Counted from the stretch's first letter, positions 1 through 8,294 are shown. The stretch is DNA of 11,515 bases from Trueperaceae bacterium (GCA_040905465.1 JBBDRK010000057.1:46165-57679), one strand, 5' to 3'. Notes: a model not told the origin generated them from the sequence alone. Translations and numbers: made by a program.

Positions 1-21
1 CTGCGGCGGTCCGACGAGTGA
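1..21 (+). CDS. Possible 3' end of an upstream gene (…LRRSDE*), product unknown
   Basis: Frame 1 reads CTG CGG CGG TCC GAC GAG TGA with GC-rich third positions, followed by a 92-bp gap before lon. It is too short to verify. Confidence 0.3.
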   Translation: MRRSDE

Positions 22-77
22 GCCGGGCGCTTGGGTCACACGCACTTGGTCCCTCAGGGACGTGGCGTCAGCCATCT

Positions 78-83
78 TACGGT
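78..83 (+). promoter_or_regulatory. Candidate -10 element (TACGGT) for lon
   Basis: TANNNT hexamer 30 nt upstream of the lon ATG. No clear -35 is present and the SD is weak. Confidence 0.3.
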
Positions 84-113
84 AGCCCTGTGGCCGACGG
101 GGTTAACTAGGGC

Positions 114-2507
114 ATGGATTGGGAACTTCCCGTCATAGCCTTACGAACCCAGGTCGTGCTCCCGCGGACCCTCGAAAACGTCGACGTCGGCCGGCCCAAG
201 TCGAAGCGCGCGCTCGAAGAAGCGCAGGCCGCCGACAACCGTGTGCTGCTGGTGGTGCAACGAGAGCCGCGAATCGATGACCCGAGCGGGGAGCAGCTCT
301 TCTCCGTCGGTACGCTGGCCGTCGTCAAGCAGGTGATTCGCCTGCCCGACGACACTCTCCAGGTACTGGTGGAAGGACGCGAACGGGCCTCGATCGACGC
401 CTTCCTCCCCGGCGCTACCCTCCGGGCGCAGGTCACCACTATTCCGGAAACGCAGGGTGAGGCCGACGAAACCAGGACCGGCGCACTGATCGAGCAGGTC
501 AAGTCGGCTTTCGCCGAGTACGCTCAGCAGAACAAGAACCTGCGGCTTGACTCGTTCCACCTGGAGAACCTGCGCGGGCTGAAGGAAGCGGGACCTCTGG
601 CGGACGTGGTGGCCAAGTACGCCACCTGGGAAGTGGCCGACAAGCAGGCGGTTCTCGAAGAGGCCGACGCCGGCCGCCGGATCGAACTGGTGTTCGGATT
701 CCTGTCGCGCGATCTCGAGCGCTTCGATACCGAGAAGCAGATCAGCGCACGGGTGAAGCAACAGATGGACTCCAATCAGCGCGAGTACTACCTTCGCGAG
801 CAGATGAAGGCGATTCAGCGCGAACTCGGCAGCGACGAGGCTTCCGAGAGCGAGGACCTGCGCAAGCGGGTAGAAGAGAAGAACATGCCCGAAGCGGCAC
901 GCGAGCGGGCGCTCAAGGAGATCGAACGGCTCGAGAAGATGGCTGGCGGCTCGCCCGAAGCGACCGTGGTCCGCACCTACCTGGACGTGCTGCTCGACCT
1001 GCCGTGGAGCGAGGCCGACGACGAGCGTCTGGACATCGGTTACACCGAACAGGTGCTGAACGACGACCACTATGCGCTCGAGGAGCCCAAGGAGCGGATT
1101 CTCGAGTTCCTGGCGGTCCGTCAGCTGACGCGCGATGTCGAGGAGTCCCGCTACAAGGCACCGATACTGTGCCTGGTCGGTCCGCCCGGGGTGGGCAAGA
1201 CGTCGCTGGGCAAGTCGATCGCCAGAAGCCTCAACCGCGAGTTCGTTCGGATGTCGCTCGGCGGCGTGCGAGACGAGGCCGAGATTCGCGGCCACCGCCG
1301 AACCTATATCGGCTCGCTTCCGGGCCGAATCGTGCAGGGCATGAAGACGGCCGGCAAGATCAATCCGGTCTTCCTGCTCGACGAGGTGGACAAGATGACC
1401 GCCGACTTCCGCGGCGATCCGTCGTCGGCTCTGCTAGAGGTGCTCGACCCGGAACAGAACGACACCTTCTCCGATCACTACCTCGAGATCCCCTACGACC
1501 TCTCCAAGGTCATGTTCATCACCACCGCCAACACCATGCAGACCATCCCGCGCCCACTCCTCGATCGCATGGAGGTCATCCAGATTCCGGGCTACACGCT
1601 CGACGAGAAGGTGCAGATCGCGCATCGCTACCGGGTACCGCAGCAACTGCGCGACCACGGCCTCGAGGGCAAGCTGGAGATCGACGACGCCGCGGTGCGC
1701 CGGATCATCACCGAGTACACCCGCGAGGCCGGAGTGCGAAACATGGACCGCATGATAGCCAAGGCGGCGCGCAAGTCGGCCAAGGAGTACCTGGGGCAGG
1801 CCTGGGATGAGACACGAACCATCGACAGCGACGCGGTCCGCGAACTGCTGGGAGTGCCGCCGTTTCGCGACGACAAGGCAGACAAGCAGCCGCAGATCGG
1901 GCTGTCGCACGGTCTCGCCTGGACCTCGGTCGGCGGGGTGACGCTCGACATCGAAGCCGTCTCGGTACCGGGCAAAGGCAAGGTCTCGTTGACCGGCCAG
2001 CTCGGTGAGGTGATGAAAGAGAGCGCCCAGGCCGGCATCGCCTACCTCCGGAATCACTCGTCACGATTCGGGCTCCCGGCGGACTTCCACGAGTCGCGTG
2101 ACCTGCACGTGCACGTGCTGGAGGGCGCGACGCCCAAGGACGGTCCGTCGGCCGGTATCGCCATCGCCACGGCGGTGGTCAGTGCGCTGACGGGACATCC
2201 GCTCAGGGGCGACATCGCCATGACCGGCGAGATCACCTTGCGGGGCCGGGTGCTTCCCATCGGTGGCCTCAAGGAGAAGCTGCTGGCCGCGCATCAAGCG
2301 GGCATCAAGCAGGTGATCATCCCGGAAGCCAACGAAGCGAATCTCGAAGACGTACCCGAAGCGATCCTGAGCGAGTTGCGGGTCGTGCCGGTCAAGGAGT
2401 TCCACGAGGTGCTGTCGATCATGCTCCTCCCCGAGGAGGAGCGGGCGGCGTTCGTACCTCCGCAAAGCGAGGAAGGCGACGGCACCGCCCCTTCGGCCAG
2501 GGTCTGA
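114..2507 (+). CDS. lon: ATP-dependent protease La (LonA), 797 aa
   Basis: Lon N-domain start ([13 protein letters not shown]), [17 protein letters not shown] coiled coil, Walker [25 protein letters not shown], Walker B FLLDEVDK, catalytic Ser in PKDGPSAG and catalytic Lys region [11 protein letters not shown]. Confidence 0.99.
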   Translation: MDWELPVIALRTQVVLPRTLENVDVGRPKSKRALEEAQAADNRVLLVVQREPRIDDPSGEQLFSVGTLAVVKQVIRLPDDTLQVLVEGRERASIDAFLPGATLRAQVTTIPETQGEADETRTGALIEQVKSAFAEYAQQNKNLRLDSFHLENLRGLKEAGPLADVVAKYATWEVADKQAVLEEADAGRRIELVFGFLSRDLERFDTEKQISARVKQQMDSNQREYYLREQMKAIQRELGSDEASESEDLRKRVEEKNMPEAARERALKEIERLEKMAGGSPEATVVRTYLDVLLDLPWSEADDERLDIGYTEQVLNDDHYALEEPKERILEFLAVRQLTRDVEESRYKAPILCLVGPPGVGKTSLGKSIARSLNREFVRMSLGGVRDEAEIRGHRRTYIGSLPGRIVQGMKTAGKINPVFLLDEVDKMTADFRGDPSSALLEVLDPEQNDTFSDHYLEIPYDLSKVMFITTANTMQTIPRPLLDRMEVIQIPGYTLDEKVQIAHRYRVPQQLRDHGLEGKLEIDDAAVRRIITEYTREAGVRNMDRMIAKAARKSAKEYLGQAWDETRTIDSDAVRELLGVPPFRDDKADKQPQIGLSHGLAWTSVGGVTLDIEAVSVPGKGKVSLTGQLGEVMKESAQAGIAYLRNHSSRFGLPADFHESRDLHVHVLEGATPKDGPSAGIAIATAVVSALTGHPLRGDIAMTGEITLRGRVLPIGGLKEKLLAAHQAGIKQVIIPEANEANLEDVPEAILSELRVVPVKEFHEVLSIMLLPEEERAAFVPPQSEEGDGTAPSARV

Positions 2508-2542
2508 CGAGGGGGCTTCGAGGCTATCTGCATGGCCCGTTC

Positions 2543-2569
2543 GGCGCCGGTCCAGTCTGGACCGGCGCC
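2543..2569. terminator. Perfect inverted repeat between convergent lon and ABC exporter genes; probable bidirectional terminator or 3' stabiliser
   Basis: GGCGCCGGTCCAG-T-CTGGACCGGCGCC has 13-bp arms. It is followed on + by pyrimidine-rich CTACTCTTACT, but there is no true poly-U tract. Confidence 0.65.
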
Positions 2570-2606
2570 CTACTCTTACTCGAAACCGCGCCCTTCCGTG
2601 GTTGGC

Positions 2607-4376
2607 TCAGCGCACGACCGGGCCGCTGGTCTGGAGGTCGTGCAGGCGGCGGTAGAGTCCACGCCGCTCCATCAGCTCGTGATGGGCACCGAGCTCCCGG
2701 ACTCTGCCGTCTTCGACCACCACAATCGAGTCCGCATCGCGCACCGTCGACAACCGGTGGGCGATCACGATGCTGGTAAGTTCTCGCTGCTGGGAGAAGT
2801 AACCGGCCAGGGCATCCTGAATTACCGCTTCCGACTCGCTGTCGAGATTGGAGGTTGCCTCGTCCAACACCAGGATCGACGCTCCCTTGAGTATCGCGCG
2901 TGCTATCGCGATGCGCTGCTTCTGTCCGCCCGAGAGCTTGACTCCCCGCTCGCCGACCTCGGTGTCGTAACCGCTGGGCAGGGCTTCTATGAACCTCGCC
3001 GCGTTTGCGAGTTCGGCCGCCCGCCTAACATCGCCGACGGTCGCGTTCGGGCGGGCGTAACCGATGTTCTCGCGCACACTGCCGGAGAACAGCGTCGGGT
3101 CCTGCGGCACCACCGCTACCGCGCCTCTGACCGCCACCAGTAGGTACTCCCGCAGGTCACGGCCGGCCACGTTTATCGAGCCTTCCTGGGGATCGTAGAG
3201 GCGAGACAGCAGGGTCGCCACGGTAGTCTTCCCTGCTCCCGAAGGCCCGACCAGCGCAACCGTGCTGCCAGCCGGCACCCGCATGTCGAGTCCGTCGAGC
3301 GCCCATGCCGAAGTTCCCGGGTAACGAAAGCGCACACCGCGGAACTCGATGTCGCCGCCGACGAACACTTCCGCTTCTCCGCCCGCTTCGACCGGCTCGT
3401 CGAGCAAGTCGTCGACGCGATCGAGAGCGGCCACTCCCGCCTGCAGGACATTGTTGAAGTTCAGCACCAGCCGCACCGGACCTACCAGGTTGTTGAGGTA
3501 TAGCAGGAACGCGGTCAGCTCTCCGGTAGTCAGGCCCGCCGTCTCGCCGCCGGTTCGGTTGGCGATGAGCCAGCCGCCGACCAGCACCAGCGCGGCAACA
3601 CCGAGCTCGGATGAGATGCCGATGCCTGCCTGCATGAAACCTACCTGGCGGCGCCGCTTGAGGTTGAGCGCCCGGTAGCTCTCGCTCTCCGCCTCGAAAC
3701 GTCGATACTCACCCGGCTCGCCGGTGAACATCTTCACCACCGCTATATTGCCGATGGCCTCGGCCGCCACGGCCGTCATCTCGCCCACCCTGCCCCGTAC
3801 CTGACGCGCCAGGCGCCTCAACGGGCCCTGGAACCAGATGGTGAAGAAGGCCATGACAGCCACGATCAGCAGGCTGATGAGCGCCAGGAGCCAGTTCATC
3901 ACGAAGAGGATCACTGTGACGACGACGATGCTGAAGAGCTGACCGACGATCCGGGTGGCTCCCGCCTGAATCATCGCCTCCAACGCATTGACGTCCGACA
4001 CGACTCGCGACACCAGTGATCCGGAACGCTCCGACGTGAAGCGGGTCATGGGCAGGTTCAGGAGGTGGCGATAGGCACGGGCCCGGATGTCCCGGATCAC
4101 CCGTTGGGTGAAGTCGTAGCTGAGGTACATCGCGGCGAATGCGAGCGCCTCGTTCACCAGGTAGAAGGCGAGCATGGCGGCGCCGGTGAGCAGGAAGAGG
4201 CCCAGGCGGCCGTCCGGAATGACCGTGTCGATAACGAACCGGACGAACTGAGGCGTGACCTGGGCGAGGGCTGCCGATAGGGCGATCAACAACGACAGGC
4301 CGATGACGGCCGAGCGATACGGCCGGATCAACCGGACCAGGGCAGGAAGGGCGTCGGACGGCGCGGGCGTGCTCAC
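2607..4376 (-). CDS. ABC exporter, fused permease/ATP-binding protein (MsbA/Sav1866/MdlB-like), about 589 aa
   Basis: N-terminal multi-TM domain (…SGSLVSRVVSDV…), Walker A GPSGAGKT, Q-loop VVPQD, signature LSGGQKQR, Walker B ILVLDEATSNLD and IAHR switch. Start placed at GTG 4376, which overlaps the manA stop (GTGA), rather than at the ORF-track 4394. Confidence 0.95.
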   Translation of the reverse strand: MSTPAPSDALPALVRLIRPYRSAVIGLSLLIALSAALAQVTPQFVRFVIDTVIPDGRLGLFLLTGAAMLAFYLVNEALAFAAMYLSYDFTQRVIRDIRARAYRHLLNLPMTRFTSERSGSLVSRVVSDVNALEAMIQAGATRIVGQLFSIVVVTVILFVMNWLLALISLLIVAVMAFFTIWFQGPLRRLARQVRGRVGEMTAVAAEAIGNIAVVKMFTGEPGEYRRFEAESESYRALNLKRRRQVGFMQAGIGISSELGVAALVLVGGWLIANRTGGETAGLTTGELTAFLLYLNNLVGPVRLVLNFNNVLQAGVAALDRVDDLLDEPVEAGGEAEVFVGGDIEFRGVRFRYPGTSAWALDGLDMRVPAGSTVALVGPSGAGKTTVATLLSRLYDPQEGSINVAGRDLREYLLVAVRGAVAVVPQDPTLFSGSVRENIGYARPNATVGDVRRAAELANAARFIEALPSGYDTEVGERGVKLSGGQKQRIAIARAILKGASILVLDEATSNLDSESEAVIQDALAGYFSQQRELTSIVIAHRLSTVRDADSIVVVEDGRVRELGAHHELMERRGLYRRLHDLQTSGPVVR

Positions 4377-5359
4377 CCTACCGGAACGTAGCACCGGATT
4401 ACCTCGGCGCTCCCCTCCAGCAGGTATTCGCCGAGCGTTGCCGGCAGTACTACCGACGTACCGGCGGTCAAAACCAGCTCGGCGCTGCTGCAGGAGAGCC
4501 GGACCGTGCCGCGAGTGACAGTCAGGAGTTCGAGCGAGGCCGGACTCGTGGTAAGCCGTGCCCTGACGTCCGGCTCTACCGCCTCCATCGCGAAGTGCCG
4601 GCTCTCGACCAGGAGGCGACGTCCGTGGCCGAGTTCGAGCTGTGCGACCTTGGCCAGGCTGCCGGCTTCCAGGTTAGCTACCTCCAGCGCCTGATCGAGG
4701 TGGAGCGGGCGTTCCAGGCCGTCGACCCCGCGCCTGCCGTAGTCGTAGAGCCGATAGGTGAGGTCGCTGGCTTGCTGTATCTCGAACAGGAACAGTCCTG
4801 TTCCGATGGCGTGCACGGTTCCCTCTGGGTTGTAGATCACATCGCCGGGCGCTACCGCTATCCGGTTGACGTAGTCCTCCAGCTCACCGGCTGCGACCGC
4901 CCGGCGCACGGTTGCCGGAGTCATCCTCTCCTTGAAGCCCCAGACGATCTCGGCTCCGGGAGCCGCGTCGAGTATGTACCAGGCCTCGGCCTTTCCAAGA
5001 TGGCCGCTTGCCGCCTCGCGAGTCAACGCGTATTCGTTGTCGGGATGGACCTGAATCGACAGCGGCTGGCCGGCGTCGATGAACTTCGCCAACAGCGGAA
5101 TCGAGGAGCCGTAGCGCGCGAAACTGGCCGTGCCCAGGAACGAAGCGCCGTTGGCGGCCGCTACCTGGCGCAGCGTCTGTTGGGCGAAAGGCCCATTCAG
5201 TACCTTGTTCTCGGCGTACACCTGCCAGGCCTCGGCAATCGGCTCCTGGGCGTCGTTCCCGTCCGATTCTTCGATCCCCAGGAATCCGGCCAGCCGGTTG
5301 CCGCCCCATAGGCGTCGGCTCAACCGCCGTTCGACCAGAAGTGGATAAGATTCGGTCAT
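4373..5359 (-). CDS. manA: Mannose-6-phosphate isomerase, class I (cupin fold), 328 aa
   Basis: LWGGNRL, PLLAKFIDA, LSIQVHPD, GKAEAWYIL, GTVHAIG and EIQQASDLTYRLYDYGR motifs carry the Q/H/E/H Zn ligands. SD-like GGAAGGA lies upstream of the ATG. Confidence 0.93.
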   Translation of the reverse strand: MTESYPLLVERRLSRRLWGGNRLAGFLGIEESDGNDAQEPIAEAWQVYAENKVLNGPFAQQTLRQVAAANGASFLGTASFARYGSSIPLLAKFIDAGQPLSIQVHPDNEYALTREAASGHLGKAEAWYILDAAPGAEIVWGFKERMTPATVRRAVAAGELEDYVNRIAVAPGDVIYNPEGTVHAIGTGLFLFEIQQASDLTYRLYDYGRRGVDGLERPLHLDQALEVANLEAGSLAKVAQLELGHGRRLLVESRHFAMEAVEPDVRARLTTSPASLELLTVTRGTVRLSCSSAELVLTAGTSVVLPATLGEYLLEGSAEVIRCYVPVG

Positions 5360-5526
5360 GCCCTGTTCCTTCCGTATTGCAACGCGTCAGTGTCCTTCGC
5401 TGTCGCTGCTCATCAGGCTCCCGCGGCATTGCTTGCGTGCCGACACACGCCTCGAGCTGGAGCCGGACCGAGCGCTTCCACACCACAGCGCCCCCATCTG
5501 CGGCTAGCATATGGTTGATAGCCCAT

Positions 5527-6192
5527 ATGATTGATGCCCTCACCACCTTCATCAACAGCGCCGGCTGGCTGGCGCCGCTCTACTATGTCTTTTCGTTCGT
5601 ACTCACTGCGCTCCTGCCGGTCGTTCCGACGCCACTCGTCGCGGCCCTGGGCGGCACCGTCTTCGGATACGGTCCAGCCGTCGTATACGGAATCTTCGGA
5701 CTGGGACTCGGTGCTCTCGTCAGCCTGACGCTGGCCCGCGCTGTGGGCCGCCCGCTCCTGCGCCGGATGGTGAAGCCCGAGGTGTGGGTTGCCTGGGAGC
5801 AGCTTCTCGGGATCCGGTCGGTGGCTGTCTGGGGCCTGATCTTCCTGGTGCTGAACCTGGACTTTGCCGTTACCATTGCCGGGCTGACCACCCTTCCCAT
5901 CCTCCACTTGTGGGTCGCGGCGATGATCGCCCGCGTTCCCTGGCTGCTGGCGAGCGCCTGGTTCGGCGATGCGGTCCTGGTCAACGACGGCGTGGTGCTG
6001 ATGATAGGCCTGCTCATGATTCCCGGCGTCTACCTGCTGGGCCGGCTCCGGAATCTGGTGCAGGCTTGGTTGATCAGCCTCAGCCCCGATGCGGCCACGG
6101 CAACGGTCGCGAGCGAGGTCTCACAGGTTGCGCAGCCGCGGATCGAGGATGTCACGGATGGCGTCCCCGAGAAGGTTGAAGCCCACCACTGA
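5527..6192 (+). CDS. TVP38/TMEM64 (DedA superfamily, VTT domain) membrane protein, about 221 aa
   Basis: Hydrophobic protein with PVVPTPLVAALGGTVFG…GLGLGALVSLTLARAVGR and D-x5-AGLT patterns. Start placed at ATG 5527 (MIDALTTF). The ORF-track start 5341 would overlap manA and gives a non-protein-like extension. Confidence 0.85.
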   Translation: MIDALTTFINSAGWLAPLYYVFSFVLTALLPVVPTPLVAALGGTVFGYGPAVVYGIFGLGLGALVSLTLARAVGRPLLRRMVKPEVWVAWEQLLGIRSVAVWGLIFLVLNLDFAVTIAGLTTLPILHLWVAAMIARVPWLLASAWFGDAVLVNDGVVLMIGLLMIPGVYLLGRLRNLVQAWLISLSPDAATATVASEVSQVAQPRIEDVTDGVPEKVEAHH

Positions 6193-7011
6193 CAGGAAAA
6201 TCGCGAATCCCGGGAAGATCGACATCCATGGCGCCCGCAGGAACTGCGAGAATCCGTCTCGGATCATCAAGCCCCACTCGGGAACGGGCGGCTGGGCGCC
6301 GAGACCGAGGAATCCCAGTGCCGCCACGTCGAGAATGGCCACGCCGATCGACAGCGTCAACTGCACGATGAGCGGAGAAAGGCTGTTGGGGAGGACATGG
6401 CGAAAGATCACCCGGCGCGCCGGCGCACCCAATGCCCGGGCCGACTGGACGTATTCGCTCTCCTTTATCGACAACACCACCGAGCGCGTGAGCCGCATGT
6501 AGATCGGGATCTGGGTGATGCTGATGGCGATCAGCGCGTTCGTGAGACTGGGACCAAGGGTGGCGACGATGGCGATCGCCAGCAGGATCCCGGGAAACGC
6601 CAGGAGAATGTCGATGACCCACACCGCCAGCGTATCCGTCCAGCCGCCGGCGTAGCCCGCGATCAAACCCATGATCGTGCCGATGATTACCGAGATGCTG
6701 ACGGCCAGCAAACCGACGCGGAGACTGATTCTCCCGCCATACCAGACGCGGGTCAGCATGTCCCGTCCGAGTTCGTCGGTCCCGAACCAGTGCTCTGCCG
6801 ACGGGGGGTTGAGGCGCTCCCTGAGGTTTCGGTCACGCGCGGGGTCGTAGGGGTTCAGCAACGGCGCGAGAACCGAGGCGAGCGCGAAGAAGACTATGAT
6901 CCCGAGACCCAACAGGCCCGTGGGGTGGCGGAAGAACCGGCGGAGGGCGATTCGGCTTTGGGAGCGGCCACGATCTAGTCGCTCAGGGTGTTCCGCAACG
7001 GTATCGCTCAT
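6121..7011 (-). CDS. dppC: Dipeptide/oligopeptide ABC transporter permease (DppC/OppC family), 296 aa
   Basis: HWFGTDELGRD, GGRISL, EAA loop EYVQSARALGA, RHVLPN, LGFLGLG…PEWG and FNLLGDAIRDILDPR. Confidence 0.95.
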   Translation of the reverse strand: MSDTVAEHPERLDRGRSQSRIALRRFFRHPTGLLGLGIIVFFALASVLAPLLNPYDPARDRNLRERLNPPSAEHWFGTDELGRDMLTRVWYGGRISLRVGLLAVSISVIIGTIMGLIAGYAGGWTDTLAVWVIDILLAFPGILLAIAIVATLGPSLTNALIAISITQIPIYMRLTRSVVLSIKESEYVQSARALGAPARRVIFRHVLPNSLSPLIVQLTLSIGVAILDVAALGFLGLGAQPPVPEWGLMIRDGFSQFLRAPWMSIFPGFAIFLSVVGFNLLGDAIRDILDPRLRNL

Positions 7012-7021
7012 ACAGGGCCTA

Positions 7022-8077
7022 TCATTCGTACTGAATCCGCGGATCGATGAGTCCGTAGGAGAGGTCTACTATGAGGTTCACTATCACGAACACGAACGCC
7101 ACGAAGAGTACTCCGCCCTGAATTATTGGGTAGTCGCGAGATGCGATGGCGTTGTAGACCCAACGCCCGATTCCCGGCCAACTGAATACCGTCTCCGTGA
7201 GGATGGCGCCCGACAGCAAGGTGCCGAACGACAGCCCGATGACGGTAACCACAGGTAAAAGTGCGTTGCGGAGCGCGTGTTTTCGTACGACGATCGCTTC
7301 CACCAGCCCTTTCGACCGGGCGGTACGAACGTAGTCCTGCCCCAGAACTTCGAGCATGGAGGACCGGGTCATCCGCACGACGATGGCCAATGGAATGGTT
7401 CCCAGTGCGACAGCGGGCAGGATCAGGTGCCGAACGGCGTCCCGCGCGACTACCCAGTTGCCCCGCAACACTGCGTCCAGGACGTAAAACCCGGTGATCG
7501 GATCGAAGTTCAGCGACGGCGACAGCCGGTGCGACGGCGGCAACCAGTGGAGGTTGACGGCGAAGATGTAGATGAGGATGATCGCCAGCCAGAAGACGGG
7601 GAAAGACACACCGGAGAGGGCGATAGTCATCACCGCGGTGTCCGCGGCAGTACCGCGCCTGAGTGCTGCCCATACTCCGGCTGGGATGCCGATGGCGATG
7701 GCGAACAGCATGGCGAACAGCGTCAGTTCGACCGTTGCGGGAAACCGCACGGTCAGGCTCTGGGCGACCGGGATTCGGCTGTAGATGCTGCGTCCCAGGT
7801 CTCCGCGCAATAGGCCGGCCATGTAACCGAAGTACTGAGAGTCCAGCAGATCGGTCGGCCGACCGCTTTCACGCACCGCCGCCAGGTTCAGCCACAGCGG
7901 CCTGTTGAGCCCGAGGTCCTCGCGCAACCTCTCACGCAGTTCGGGGGACGACCGTTGGCCGAGCATCGCAACGGCGGGATCACCGGGAATGACCCGGGTA
8001 ATCGCGAATATAAGTAGAGTCACGCCGATGAGAACCGGGATGAGTCCCAGCACCCTCCGGACGACATATCCGGTCAA
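7022..8077 (-). CDS. dppB: Dipeptide/oligopeptide ABC transporter permease (DppB/OppB family), 351 aa, TTG start
   Basis: IPGDP, GDLGRS, RFPATVEL, HLILPA, EAA loop DYVRTARSKGL, KHALRNA, TETVFSWPGIG, RDYPIIQG and DPRI. GGGAG lies upstream of the TTG. Confidence 0.95.
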   Translation of the reverse strand: MTGYVVRRVLGLIPVLIGVTLLIFAITRVIPGDPAVAMLGQRSSPELRERLREDLGLNRPLWLNLAAVRESGRPTDLLDSQYFGYMAGLLRGDLGRSIYSRIPVAQSLTVRFPATVELTLFAMLFAIAIGIPAGVWAALRRGTAADTAVMTIALSGVSFPVFWLAIILIYIFAVNLHWLPPSHRLSPSLNFDPITGFYVLDAVLRGNWVVARDAVRHLILPAVALGTIPLAIVVRMTRSSMLEVLGQDYVRTARSKGLVEAIVVRKHALRNALLPVVTVIGLSFGTLLSGAILTETVFSWPGIGRWVYNAIASRDYPIIQGGVLFVAFVFVIVNLIVDLSYGLIDPRIQYE

Positions 8078-8180
8078 CTCAATCTCACTCCCGATAGACG
8101 CGCTCGTTCGAGCGCTGGGTCGGATAACGAGCAGTGCACTCGTTCATGCAAACAGAATTCAAGCAGAAAAATATCGGCAA

Positions 8181-8213
8181 CCCTACCCGACTCGCGCAGC
8201 CGCTCGGGTAGGG
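8181..8213. repeat. Inverted repeat (10-bp perfect stem) in the dppA-dppB spacer; possible attenuator
   Basis: CCCTACCCGA-N13-TCGGGTAGGG, followed on the minus strand by TTGCCGATATTTTT. Confidence 0.6.
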
Positions 8214-8255
8214 CGAATGCCTCGTGCCGGCAGTCGGGGCATGCGCAGGGCAGGA

Positions 8256-8286
8256 AGGCGAGCAGGGGCCATGCCCCTGCTCGCCT
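8256..8286 (-). terminator. 14-bp perfect stem-loop just after the dppA stop; terminator or mRNA 3' stabiliser
   Basis: AGGCGAGCAGGGGC-CAT-GCCCCTGCTCGCCT, 8 nt downstream of the dppA stop codon. No U tract follows. Confidence 0.65.
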
Positions 8287-8294
8287 CATGCTTG

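Noticed and set aside
103..116. Leaderless start for lon (TTAACT-N5-ATG)
   Set aside because: The hexamer lacks the conserved TA at positions 1-2. It is possible but unsupported.
141..2057. Antisense and alternative-frame ORFs within lon (141-1295, 1004-1810, 1434-2057)
   Set aside because: These are shadow ORFs with no motifs, fully contained in a highly conserved gene.
2532..3143. 203-aa plus-strand ORF after lon
   Set aside because: It is the antisense reading of the ABC nucleotide-binding domain and starts across the terminator-like palindrome.
5341..5526. 62-aa N-terminal extension of the DedA ORF
   Set aside because: It overlaps the manA start and the divergent promoter region and has Cys/Ser/Arg-rich non-coding character. 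Family similarity begins near ATG 5527.
8100..8286. Hairpin cluster as a CRISPR array or tRNA
   Set aside because: There are no identical direct repeats with regular spacers, no cas genes, and no cloverleaf with a T-loop and CCA end.
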